A stretch of DNA of 53,974 nucleotides from Candidatus Tectimicrobiota bacterium (GTDB taxonomy: Bacteria; JACPUC01), in NCBI GenBank assembly GCA_016192455.1, contig JACPUC010000029.1:186001-239974 (forward strand), given 5' to 3'. Both the position numbers and the translations under genes were made by a program. The notes under the pieces are model-generated. The model was not told the origin of the DNA, made no database searches, and saw only the letters and a list, made by a program, of their open reading frames with translations. Below, in pieces: positions 17,890-27,342 of the stretch. How positions within the stretch are numbered: the stretch's first letter is position 1; each line of letters opens with the position of its first letter.

Positions 17890-20223
17890 CTACTGGTCGG
17901 CCGTCATGGTCTCTACATGCGCCGCAACGCTCGTCGAGTCATGGCACGAGGTGCAGGCCCGGCGAGACGGCTCCGTGTAGGCCAAGCTGGCGCCGTGGCA
18001 GGCCGTGCAGTTGCGCACGCCGCCCGGCATCCACGGGAACTCCACCTTCGAGAAGTCGTGCACGCTGTCCCCGAAGCCGATGATGATGGGTGGATCGTTG
18101 ACTTCGGCGCCGTAGTGGATGCGATGGATCATGCGGCGGAAGTCCGTCGTTTCCCCAGGAGTCGCCTTCTCCGGATCGGCGTTGATGCGGTCCTCCGCGC
18201 CCCCGGTATGGCACATGACGCAGACGTTCGTCGTCTTGCGCAGGCGGCCGTGCAGCGCCAGGTCGCCATGGCAGCGGTTGCAGTTGTCGGTATTGACGGC
18301 GGCACGCGCCACCAGCGGCCCCGGCGTGCCGAAGCGCACATCCTGGGTGACGGGATCAGCCTCGCGTTCACCCGTGTCGCCGATGTTCACCTGGGCGTAG
18401 AAGGCGACGGTGTACGTGCCAGGCTCCAGCGGCTGGCCGGTCCTCTCGCCGGCACGCGGGCCAAACGCCAGCGAGTCGTTATTCGGCGGCAGATAGGTCG
18501 CCGGGATGGCCGGGAAGGCGTAGGTGAGCGCTCCGTCGGCGCCGCTCACCACCGTGGCGAGGTCAAACTGGTGCTCGGCGATCACCCGCTGGTAGTTGCC
18601 CGTGGGGCCGGAGAACATGCCGCGCAGGGCGCGCAACGAGGCCGGAGCAATGTCCGCCCCGCTGTTGTCCTTGATCGTGAAGGTGACCGTGGGCCGGTCG
18701 CCGACCTGGAAGACACCCTCCGCGCCACTGCCGCCGCCCACGGCGAGGAGCTCGACATTGACTCCCGCGAAGAGCGCCGGGTTCTTTTGTGGCGGCAGGT
18801 GGACCGCGGCGATGGCCGCCAGGCCGCCGGTGTCGGGCGGATGGCAGGTGGCGCAGGCGCTGTCGTTCGCCTGGGGTCCGCCCGGATGGTTCTCGCCGCT
18901 GGCGAAGTTCACATCATCGTGGCAGGCGCCGCAGGCCTTGCGGCTGGGGTTCTCCTTCCACTCATTGCCGGCGTGACAGACCTCGCAGTTGCGCACCCCC
19001 CCCGGCATGTACGGGAACTCCACGTTCGAGAAGTCGTGCACGCTGTCCCCGAAGCCGATGATCTGGAGGGGCTTCTCGTGGAGCTCGGCGCCGTAATGAA
19101 TCTTGTGGATCATCGACTTGAACTCGATCGTGCGCCCTGGCGTTTGCTTCGCGGGGTCGGTGTTGATGCGGTCCTCGGCGCCGGCGGCGTGGCAGAGGAC
19201 GCAGAGCCGCACGCTCTTGCGCAGGCCGCCGTGGAGCTGCAGGTCGTTATGACAGCGGTTGCAGTTCTCCTGGGCGATCACCCGGCGCGGCTGCAGCTCG
19301 GTGGCGCCGCCGAAGAGCACGTCCACCACCGCATTCCCGGCCTCGCGCACCACCTCCCCCTTGATCGTCTGCTGGGCGCCGCCGTACATGCCGATGCTGT
19401 ACGTGCCGGGCAGCAGGGCCTCGCCGGTGAGCTCGCCATTCTCCGGGCCCAGAGCCGTGGAGTCGTTGAGGGGCGCCAGGTAGGTCGCCGGGATGGCGTT
19501 CGTGAACGTGTACGTCCACGAGCCATCAGCGTTCTGCGTGGACCCCTGTCTGACAGTATTCTCCACCGCCAGGACGCGCTGGTAGTTCGAGGCGGGGCCG
19601 GACATCAGGAGGTTCAGGGACGACAGCGAGGTGACCGGGACGGCCTGACCCGCGTTGTTCTTCACCGTGTAGGTCACCGCGGGCCGATCGCCGACCTGGA
19701 AGGTCCCGTCGCTGCCGCTCGCCCCCCCTACATTGGTGATCTCGACGTTCACCCCTGGGAAGAGCACCGCGTCAAGCTGCGGTGGAAGGTGCACGGTGGC
19801 CACGGCGAACTCATGGTTCGGCCCGTGGCAGACGCGGCAGGCTTCGGTTTGCGGCGAAAAGGCGCCGTAGTAGATGCCGAAGTTGCCCGTGAACTCGAAC
19901 CTCCCGGCGGGGAGAACGAAGGCGAAATCAGCCCAGTAGTGATCCGGCTGCCCTGCCACGGTGATGTTGTTGATCCGGATGCCGCCAGGAATGAACTCGA
20001 ACGTCGCTTCGCTGAAGTCCTGGGCGAGCACGCCCGCAGGAACAGCAGCGACGAGCAGCGCCGCCAGGCAGAGGCAGGCGAGACCTCCTTGCAGGGCACG
20101 CTGCCCGCGGCTCCGCGTGGTGAACACTCCCCGGATGCGCGCCGACAATTGCGGCCACGCCCCGGCGCCCCTCGGCTCCTGCGCATTCCCTAGAGATCGC
20201 ATCGGCAAGCCCTTCTCTGGCAT
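17890..20223 (-). CDS. OmcA/MtrC-family decaheme cytochrome c
   Basis: 10 CXXCH in two repeated modules with RRVI..ENCNRCH..L.LHGG.R, MIHKIH.G and PSRKACGACH signatures. Start uncertain (about 20127-20361). Confidence 0.87.
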   Translation of the reverse strand: MPEKGLPMRSLGNAQEPRGAGAWPQLSARIRGVFTTRSRGQRALQGGLACLCLAALLVAAVPAGVLAQDFSEATFEFIPGGIRINNITVAGQPDHYWADFAFVLPAGRFEFTGNFGIYYGAFSPQTEACRVCHGPNHEFAVATVHLPPQLDAVLFPGVNVEITNVGGASGSDGTFQVGDRPAVTYTVKNNAGQAVPVTSLSSLNLLMSGPASNYQRVLAVENTVRQGSTQNADGSWTYTFTNAIPATYLAPLNDSTALGPENGELTGEALLPGTYSIGMYGGAQQTIKGEVVREAGNAVVDVLFGGATELQPRRVIAQENCNRCHNDLQLHGGLRKSVRLCVLCHAAGAEDRINTDPAKQTPGRTIEFKSMIHKIHYGAELHEKPLQIIGFGDSVHDFSNVEFPYMPGGVRNCEVCHAGNEWKENPSRKACGACHDDVNFASGENHPGGPQANDSACATCHPPDTGGLAAIAAVHLPPQKNPALFAGVNVELLAVGGGSGAEGVFQVGDRPTVTFTIKDNSGADIAPASLRALRGMFSGPTGNYQRVIAEHQFDLATVVSGADGALTYAFPAIPATYLPPNNDSLAFGPRAGERTGQPLEPGTYTVAFYAQVNIGDTGEREADPVTQDVRFGTPGPLVARAAVNTDNCNRCHGDLALHGRLRKTTNVCVMCHTGGAEDRINADPEKATPGETTDFRRMIHRIHYGAEVNDPPIIIGFGDSVHDFSKVEFPWMPGGVRNCTACHGASLAYTEPSRRACTSCHDSTSVAAHVETMTADQ

Positions 20224-20607
20224 CTTGGCCCCTGCGTTGACAACGCACAAACGCCCCTCTCTCCTTGCCCCCCGGGGAGAATGGAGCGCTACGCTGTCAG
20301 ACCCAACCCTCTCGCGCGACGCATTCCCCTCCCTATTCAGACAGGCGTGCCCGGCGACCACGCATCACCTCTGACTCCAGGGGTGATCTCCTCAGCCGCG
20401 CCCACCTGAAACTGCCACACGTGCCGGACTGGTGCGAACGCTGCGCAACTCACCCATGGGGGAACTCGGTCCCGGCGCCGACAAGCCACACCCCTGGAGT
20501 GACCACGGCGCCGCCGCTCTCCCCCCGTCCCTTCCCCGGACAGGCTGGTCCACCAATTCGCCAGGTTTGCAAACTGAGGGTAATATACGCCCCCTGTTGA
20601 GAGGAGA

Positions 20608-20627
20608 AACATGACGCGGGTCATGTT
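20608..20627 (-). promoter_or_regulatory. CRP/FNR-like palindromic operator upstream of the cytochrome genes
   Basis: AACATGAC-GCGG-GTCATGTT, centred about -42 relative to a minus-strand TATATT -10 candidate (20582-20587). Confidence 0.45.
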
Positions 20628-21270
20628 CTACGCAAAAAAGTTTACTCTGTGCGAGGCTTTGCTTGGCAGACCAGGTACCGTTCCGAGACGGAATTCGCCT
20701 CGGCGCCCGCCCACACACCGTTGGGCGGAGCCCATGGCGGAAGCCGAGGCTGCAAGTGCGCCGCAACCTCGCCGCCGGCCGGCTTCAAGCTGGTGGAGCG
20801 CGGCGCAAGGAGATGGGGAGGGCTCGCCGTCCGTGCGCCGCGGAGGGTCTGAGGAGATGCCTGATACGCCTCGGAAGTCAATGGGAAAGAGCCGCGAGCG
20901 CCCTCCTGGCAACTTTCTCTCCAGGCGACCATACTTCATGGTAGCCTGGCGCCGTGGCAGAGGAGACGGGCGACAGGAGTTGGATGGGCTTGGGTCAGCC
21001 GCGCCAGGGGGTGCCGGGAAGGCGGCCGCGCGCCGCTCCTCGCCAGCGGTGCGGCGCCGGCGTGGAGGCGGCGCGATCCGGCAAGCGGAAAAGATTGCGC
21101 CCGGCACGGACTCGGCGCTGCCGCGGCGACCTCGCGGTGTCTGGTCACCAGGGAGGGCTGCGGGGTGGCGACGGCGGCGAGCTTGCGGCAGCTAGCGCAG
21201 CCGAGCCTGCACTCCTCTGTCTGGGGGTTCAAAGCCTGCGCTCCAGGTGGTAGAGGTGTGACGCTCCGGC

Positions 21271-21951
21271 ATGATCCCGCTCAAAGGAAGTGTTCGAATC
21301 AAGCGCTACCCCTGGGTGACGGTGGCGATCCTCACCCTCAACGTGGCGGTGTACGTCTACGGGCTCTTCCTTGACCCGCAGGCCCAAAGCATCCTCTTCC
21401 TGCGCGCCGGCGCCATTCCCCTCGAGCTCACCCAGAATCGGGATTTCGGCCCGTTCGCCAACCTCGTGCCGGTCCCTTTCACGATCTTCACCTCTCTGTT
21501 CCTTCACGCGGGGTTCATGCATGTCGCCGGCAACATGCTCTACCTCTGGATCTTCGCCCAGGCCATCGAAGATGCCATGGGCCGGGTTCGGTTCTTCTTC
21601 TTCTACCTGGTGAGCGGCGTCCTCGCCACCTCCCTGCACGTGCTCATGAACCCCTCCTCGCAGGTGCCGATCGTGGGCGCCAGCGGCGCCATCGCCGGCA
21701 TCCTGGGCGCCTACATGATGCTCTACCCGTCCGCCCGCGTCCGCACCCTGATTTTCTTCTTCATCTTCATCCGCGTCATTGAGCTTCCCGCCGCCGTCAT
21801 GCTCGGCTACTGGTTCCTCCTGCAGCTTCTGGGACTGAGCTCCGGAGGAGGCGTGGCCTGGTACGCCCACATCGGCGGCTTCGTCGCCGGCCTCATTCTG
21901 GTGCGCGTCTTCCTGCCGGTGCAACGCCCCAGCCGCGGCTGGTTTGGCTGA
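21271..21951 (+). CDS. Rhomboid family intramembrane serine protease
   Basis: FLHAGFMHVAGNMLYLWIF, GASGAIAG (catalytic Ser) and AHIGGF (catalytic His). Confidence 0.95.
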   Translation: MIPLKGSVRIKRYPWVTVAILTLNVAVYVYGLFLDPQAQSILFLRAGAIPLELTQNRDFGPFANLVPVPFTIFTSLFLHAGFMHVAGNMLYLWIFAQAIEDAMGRVRFFFFYLVSGVLATSLHVLMNPSSQVPIVGASGAIAGILGAYMMLYPSARVRTLIFFFIFIRVIELPAAVMLGYWFLLQLLGLSSGGGVAWYAHIGGFVAGLILVRVFLPVQRPSRGWFG

Positions 21952-22012
21952 GAGGAGCTTCGCCCCCGGCCAGCAAGGAGAGCCTCCGCGCGAGTGTTTC
22001 CAGGCGGGTGAG

Positions 22013-23887
22013 TTAGCGAACCGAGAAGGAGGCGCTGGCGATCTCCCCGAGCACGCCCTCGGTGAGGGGATTGGCGCCCGTGCGGGTGAAGGCAGCGAAG
22101 AACTGGTAGGAGCCCCGGGGTTCGGCGCCGCTGAACTGGAAGGAGAAGAGCCGCTCGCTGCCGCTGCTGACGAGCAGCGCCCGCCGCAACGGCGAGGGGC
22201 TGGGGCCGATGGACTCTCCCAGGAAGAGGAGGGCGTTGTTCGGCAGCAGCACGGCGAGGTAGAGGTCCGCCGCCTCCGGCGAGCCGGGGCTGGTTCGGCC
22301 GGTGACCTGCAGCGTGGCGCCGGAGGTGAACGAGGGTTGGTTCAGCTCGAGGGCGATTTCGGGAGGCGCTGCAGGCGCCGGGGCGGGCGGCTCGGTCGGA
22401 TTATCGAACTCCGGCGCGCCGCTCACCTCCAGGGCATTGACAGCGACTGCCACATCCGCGCCGTTGGAGGCAATGACGTTACGACCCCCCGGCGGCATGG
22501 CGGCGGGGAATCGCACAGTCACCGCCACCCCGCCCCCGAACTGATTGAAGAAGGAGGCGAACCCCTGTGTCTCGTTCGGCGCGGGGGAGACGGCGATGCC
22601 GGGGTCGCTGGTGCTGACCCTCGTGCCGCCGCTGATGCCGGGCCCCATGACGCTGAGGATGAGCTCGCTGCCCGGCTCCACCGGCACCACGCTCGCCGAG
22701 CGGATCGAGGTGCGGATGCTCGTGCCGCTGCGGACAATCGTGATGACCCCAAGCTGCCCGATGTTCAAGCCGGGCGCGCGCCCCACCTCGACCTCGAGGT
22801 TGACGGTCTGCGTCTGCCGGGCCTGGACGCTGATGGGAGTCGGCGCCTCGGCTCCCCCCAGGAAGAGGGTGGGGAACTCGCTCGTCGTCGCCCCGAAGCT
22901 GGCGAACTCGGTGAAGAAGTTGAGGAAGTTCTCGCTCGTCACCGGCCCATCGAGCGGCTCGACGAACAGCGTATAGCTCCCCGGGAAGAGCGCCTGCAGG
23001 GTGAAGTTGCCGTCCGGCAGCGACAAGGCGTTGGTGAGTGAGCGCCCGAACGCGTCCACCGCCACCACGTTGGCCCCAAAGACGGCCTCGCCCGCGCGGC
23101 TCGTGATGCGCCCCGTGATGCCGCCGCGGCGCGGCGCGATATTCGCCGCCCCGGTCCCCGGGTAGAGGGTGGAGACCGCGAAGACATCGTCGAAATCGAG
23201 GCTGCGCAGGTAGACCGAGCCCTCCGGCGTGAAGGGGAGCATGGTGGCTGTCAACAGGGTGGTGTGGTCGAGACCCAGGAGGTGACCGATCTCATGGGTG
23301 GCGACGCTTTGCAGATCGTTGGCGCCCGCCGAACCCAGGGTGGAGAAGAGCTGCGTGCGGTTGAAGATGATGTCCCCGTCGAGGATCTCGCCGGGAAAGG
23401 CATCGGGAATAAAGCCGCCACCCGGCAGCGCCACATTCCCCCCCTCCGGGGCGGTCACCGTGATCGTCAGGCCGAGCACGCCAGGGCCAAGATCGTTTTG
23501 CGAATCGACCATGCTCACCAGGTTCACTTGATCGAAGGCGGGGCTTTCAAGATCGGTGAAGCCGTCATCGACGAAGGCGATGGAGGTGGTGGGCACTCCC
23601 TGCCAGGCCGCGAAGGCGGCGCGCAGCGCCCCCACCGCATCGCTGCCGGCCTCGACGTTCGGCAGCGCCTCGCGGGTGCGGCGATTGATGACGAAATGGA
23701 TCGGCTGGCTGCGCGCTCCCCAGATGCGGTAGACGGGCGTGCCGTCGGTCTGGACCACATCGGGGGAGCGCACGTAGGCCGGCGCCGCCGCGCTCCACGC
23801 CAGGCCCCAGCCCAGAACGAGGAAGAGCATCGCCCCCCAGGCGAGGCGGCGGCTGAGGCGACGGCGCGGGGGGGGCGAGATGCGCAT
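22013..23887 (-). CDS. Secreted matrixin/metzincin metalloprotease with carboxypeptidase-regulatory-like and C-terminal beta domains
   Basis: HEIGHLLGLDH zinc motif, Met-turn ATMLP, GITGRIT...GANVVA domain, signal peptide. Confidence 0.85.
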   Translation of the reverse strand: MRISPPPRRRLSRRLAWGAMLFLVLGWGLAWSAAAPAYVRSPDVVQTDGTPVYRIWGARSQPIHFVINRRTREALPNVEAGSDAVGALRAAFAAWQGVPTTSIAFVDDGFTDLESPAFDQVNLVSMVDSQNDLGPGVLGLTITVTAPEGGNVALPGGGFIPDAFPGEILDGDIIFNRTQLFSTLGSAGANDLQSVATHEIGHLLGLDHTTLLTATMLPFTPEGSVYLRSLDFDDVFAVSTLYPGTGAANIAPRRGGITGRITSRAGEAVFGANVVAVDAFGRSLTNALSLPDGNFTLQALFPGSYTLFVEPLDGPVTSENFLNFFTEFASFGATTSEFPTLFLGGAEAPTPISVQARQTQTVNLEVEVGRAPGLNIGQLGVITIVRSGTSIRTSIRSASVVPVEPGSELILSVMGPGISGGTRVSTSDPGIAVSPAPNETQGFASFFNQFGGGVAVTVRFPAAMPPGGRNVIASNGADVAVAVNALEVSGAPEFDNPTEPPAPAPAAPPEIALELNQPSFTSGATLQVTGRTSPGSPEAADLYLAVLLPNNALLFLGESIGPSPSPLRRALLVSSGSERLFSFQFSGAEPRGSYQFFAAFTRTGANPLTEGVLGEIASASFSVR

Positions 23888-24127
23888 ACACCCTCTCCAG
23901 AACGGGAGCCGCGGCCTCCAGAGGCTCGCGAACGATGCAGCCGGCAAGGGGAAGCGCCTCGACCGAGCGACCCGCGCGCCGGCGGTCGGTTCCTGCTTCT
24001 CTAGGCTAGGTGGTGGGCAAAGTCAAGGTGCGCGGGAGAAGGAGGCGGCTGTGGCGCCGTCGGTGTCGAGCCTCGCGCCCCACGCCCAGGGGCGGCTGGC
24101 GAGGGCCGGCCCTGGAGCAGGCCGGCC

Positions 24128-25180
24128 TTACGGCGGCGCAACCTCCCCAGGCAGGGGAGGAACGCCCCGCGCCGCACCCCCAGGCAGCGCCGCCCGCAGG
24201 CGTTCCTGGCTGGCCCGATAGTTCGGCTGGGCATAGCAGTAGAGGCAGGTATTGACGCAGGTCTCGTACGTGCCGATGTCCACCGAGCGCGTGCAGAGGC
24301 AATCGGGGTAGCGCTGGCCGCGGTCGCGCGCCAGGCTGCACGGCTCGCCATCCGGATGGACCTCGCTCAGCACCCGGCCATCGACGCAGCCGCGCCGCGT
24401 CCCCTCCCCCACGTAGTCCTTCGGCGAGACGCAGACGCGCAGGTCGCCGCCGTGGCGGCGGCAGCGCTGCTCGAGTTCGGCGATGACGGCGTGCACCTGC
24501 CGGCGGCCGTGGCGCACGTAGGCAACGCCGACATCGCGGGCCCGCGACGCGACGCGCCGGTAGCCGGCTTCCACGTAGGCGGTGCTGAACTTGGTCACCC
24601 CCAGCGCGCGGCAGCGCTCGATGATCGGCTCGAAGAGGGCCGCCTGCATGTTGCCGAGGCGCTCGCCCGTCGGGGTCTCGACCTCCAGGAGCGGATCAAA
24701 GCGCACTTCCACGGCAGCCGGCCGCAGGAGACCTTCACCGAAGAGCCGCCGCAGATCAGCGAGGATTTCTTGCGTCGGTTGCGTGTCGAGCTCCAGCGCC
24801 GTGCCCTGGAGCATCGTCAGGCTGAGCTGCAGGTAGAGCTGCCCGCCGTGCTCGAGGAGCTGCCGCGCGGCGCCGCGCACCTCGGCGTGGCGCGTGAGGT
24901 TGCGCAGCGAGCGTTTCACCCAGAGAACAAGCGAGTGGATCGAGGAGAGGCACTCGCCGCGCTCCTCGTAGCCTGCCCCGGCGATGCGCGCCCCGACGAG
25001 CGGATCGGTGCGCAAACGGGCGACCAGCTTCGCCGGCCGGCCGAGCAGCTCCTCGCGGCGCGAGGCGCTGACCACCGTGCGCAGGCGCCGCGCTTCGACC
25101 AGCGTTGACCCAGCGCCGTCCTCGTCCGCGAGCCGACACCCTCCAGGGCCGCGATCGGGAAGAAGCGGCGGTTGTTTCAT
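24128..25180 (-). CDS. DUF1848-family protein (spore photoproduct lyase-like, C-terminal Cys cluster)
   Basis: VVSASRR at the N-terminus, RFDP, and [26 protein letters not shown] at the C-terminus. Start uncertain. Confidence 0.8.
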   Translation of the reverse strand: MKQPPLLPDRGPGGCRLADEDGAGSTLVEARRLRTVVSASRREELLGRPAKLVARLRTDPLVGARIAGAGYEERGECLSSIHSLVLWVKRSLRNLTRHAEVRGAARQLLEHGGQLYLQLSLTMLQGTALELDTQPTQEILADLRRLFGEGLLRPAAVEVRFDPLLEVETPTGERLGNMQAALFEPIIERCRALGVTKFSTAYVEAGYRRVASRARDVGVAYVRHGRRQVHAVIAELEQRCRRHGGDLRVCVSPKDYVGEGTRRGCVDGRVLSEVHPDGEPCSLARDRGQRYPDCLCTRSVDIGTYETCVNTCLYCYAQPNYRASQERLRAALPGGAARGVPPLPGEVAPP

Positions 25181-25291
25181 GGTCCTACCCGGGCAGGCAT
25201 CGCGCCAGCCCCCTGCTGCCCCTTGCCACGTTCGCCTCCAACGACAGGACGAGCATAGAACGAGGCTCTCCGTCGCACAAGAGTTGCCTCG

Positions 25292-25308
25292 CTGGCTCAA
25301 CCCTTGCA
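25292..25308 (+). promoter_or_regulatory. Possible sigma54 -24/-12 promoter
   Basis: CTGGCTCAACCCTTGCA (GG-N10-GC) upstream of the PxxKW gene. Confidence 0.35.
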
Positions 25309-25500
25309 AAAAGCTCTTGCGAAAGCCGAATTGAAGGCCTATATACAAGCGCGTTTTGCCGCTTGCCGAGGAGCAGGCGGCACTTCTTTGCTGCAACGCG
25401 GCGCGTCGCCGCGGCGAGCGCCGGCGCCGGCTCACCCCATCCCCAACCCCCGATGAGGCACCCCCCTGGGGACCCAGGGGGAGCTTGGAGGACCCAACCC

Positions 25501-25779
25501 TTGGAATGCGTAACCATCAAGCAGGGTAGTAACTGTCAGTTCATGGTGAAGACCGGTTGCTGCTTCAACGGCGGCCAGTGTCACCCCATCGTCGAGAAGT
25601 GCGAAGGCTGCGCCCACATTCAGGACCTTCCCTCCGGCCGGTACTGCGATACCTACGCCCATCCTGCCATTAAATGGATGTATGGCGCCTGCAACTTCGC
25701 CACCCACATCCAGCCCGAGCAGAAGCAGGAAGCCAAGAAGCTGAACCCCCTGAAAGCTTCGAAACGGGGCATCCGCTAA
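25501..25779 (+). CDS. PxxKW-family cysteine-rich small protein
   Basis: TTG start after GGAGG. C-rich pattern with PAIKW...CNFATH...[11 protein letters not shown]. Confidence 0.85.
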   Translation: MECVTIKQGSNCQFMVKTGCCFNGGQCHPIVEKCEGCAHIQDLPSGRYCDTYAHPAIKWMYGACNFATHIQPEQKQEAKKLNPLKASKRGIR

Positions 25780-26005
25780 GCTCCCGGAACGCGCGGCAAG
25801 CGTCACGAAGCCCGGGTTGCCACGCTCCCGCAGGCAAACCATGGCGGGGAGGGGTGTGCCCGCGGCCGCAGTCAGACGCCGAGCCTCTCCGGGCGGCGCA
25901 GCAGCTCGCGCGGCCACGGAAGAGCCCCGGCCCGCGCCAGGAACGTTTCCTCCCGATCCCACCAGCCAGGACGCGCATTCCAACCTCAACCCCGATGAGG
26001 CGGCG

Positions 26006-27133
26006 CTACGAGCCTTCTTCCCAGACCTGTCGCGCCGTCTGCGCCACCAGGCGCAGCTTCTCCTCCTGGTCCCGCGGCGAGAGGCGGTTGCCAAGCACCG
26101 AGCTGGCGAAGCCACACTGCGGACTCAGCGCCAGGCGCTCCAAGGGGATGTAGCGGCTCGCCGCGCGGATGCGCGCCGTCAGCTCCTCGGTGGTTTCCCG
26201 CCGCGGCGACTTCGTCGTCACCAGCCCCAGCACCACCACCTTCCCCTCCGGCACGTGGCGCAAGGGCTCGAACGATCCCGAGCGCTCGTCATCGTACTCG
26301 AGAAGCAGGCGCTCGGCGCGGATGCCGCGAAAGATCGGCTCGGCGATCGGCTCGTAGCCGCCCGAGGCCAGCCACCGGCTGGCCTGGTTGCCGCGTCAAA
26401 GGTGGAAGCCGAAGGTGACCCCCGCGGCCGCTTCGAGCACCGCGTTGTCCAGCTCGATCCCCTGGCGCAGCCAGCGCTCCACGCTCCAGCCCCGCCCTTC
26501 ATAAAAGGGACGGGTGCGTGGATCGAGGAGCAAGGGGTAGTGCGGCGCGTCGAGTTGCAGGTAGCGCGCGCCGAGCTGCGCCAGCTCCGCCACCTCCTGG
26601 CGCAGCATGTCCACCACGTCGGCAAGAAAGCCCTCCAGCGTGGGGTAAACCCAGGTGGAGCGCTCCGGCGACCAGAAGTTCGCCCACAGGCTGGGGCTGG
26701 GCAGGGTGATCTTCGGCACCAGCGCGGTGCCGGCAAGGCACTCCCGAAAGGAGAGAAACTCTCCCGCCGACAGGGAGCGCCGGCGCCGCAGCCGACCGAC
26801 CACCCCCAGCCCCGCCGGCCGCGGCGCGCGCCAGGACCCCACCTCGTTGCTCCCCTGCCAGTCACCCCAGACGAACGCCTCCAGGCCGACCGGGCCGAAC
26901 CCCTCGACGGCCTCCGTCATCTGGCTCTGGAAGGAGAGGCGGCGCATCTCGCCATCGGTGACGATCTCCAGCCCCGCCTCCTGCTGCAGGCGGATCGCCG
27001 CCTCGACGGCGCGGTCCTCCTCCGCCCGCAGCATCTCCGCGCTCAGCGTGCCGGCGGCGAAGGCTTGCCGCGCTTCTAGCAGCTCCGGGGGGCGCAGCAG
27101 GCTCCCCACCGTCTCCGCATGGGCGCTGATCAT
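26006..27133 (-). CDS. Cobalamin-independent methionine synthase II-family (MetE C-terminal-like) Zn enzyme; predicted selenoprotein (in-frame UGA at codon 246)
   Basis: AETVGSLLRP, TDGEMRR, LQLDAP, FHL-UGA-RGN, LLEYDDERSG, VLGLVTTK and LSPQCGFAS are all in one frame (375 aa with readthrough). Confidence 0.85.
26365..26398 (-). promoter_or_regulatory. In-frame UGA plus bacterial SECIS-like hairpin
   Basis: mRNA reads UGA CGCGGCAACC AGGCCAGCC GGU GGCUGGCCU: a 9-bp perfect stem with a G-initiated loop, starting 11 nt after the UGA. Confidence 0.7.
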
Positions 27134-27342
27134 GGCACCCTCCGAAGTTCCGGTCGCGTCGCCTGGGCATCGTGCCGCCCAGGCTTGTTTCTTTCGCGCC
27201 TCTGCGGCACGATAGACGCGGCCAGCACCTGCCACTCGAGCGCGCTTCCATGTGCTGACGTGACGGCCACCTCCTCCATGGGGTCGCCGGGTGAGGGGAG
27301 TATCTTGTACGACGCCCAAGGACATTCGCAAGGAGACGCACC

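Noticed and set aside
20400-20580. Cyclic-dinucleotide (GEMM-I) riboswitch upstream of the cytochromes
   Set aside because: Only a GCAAACC fragment matches; the rest of the consensus is not evident.
26396-26398. Genome-wide UGA reassignment (Trp/Gly) as the explanation for the in-frame TGA
   Set aside because: TGA ends other genes at their expected C-termini (glmS 35065, pcrA 45899, polA 53296), and the aligned residue is Cys.
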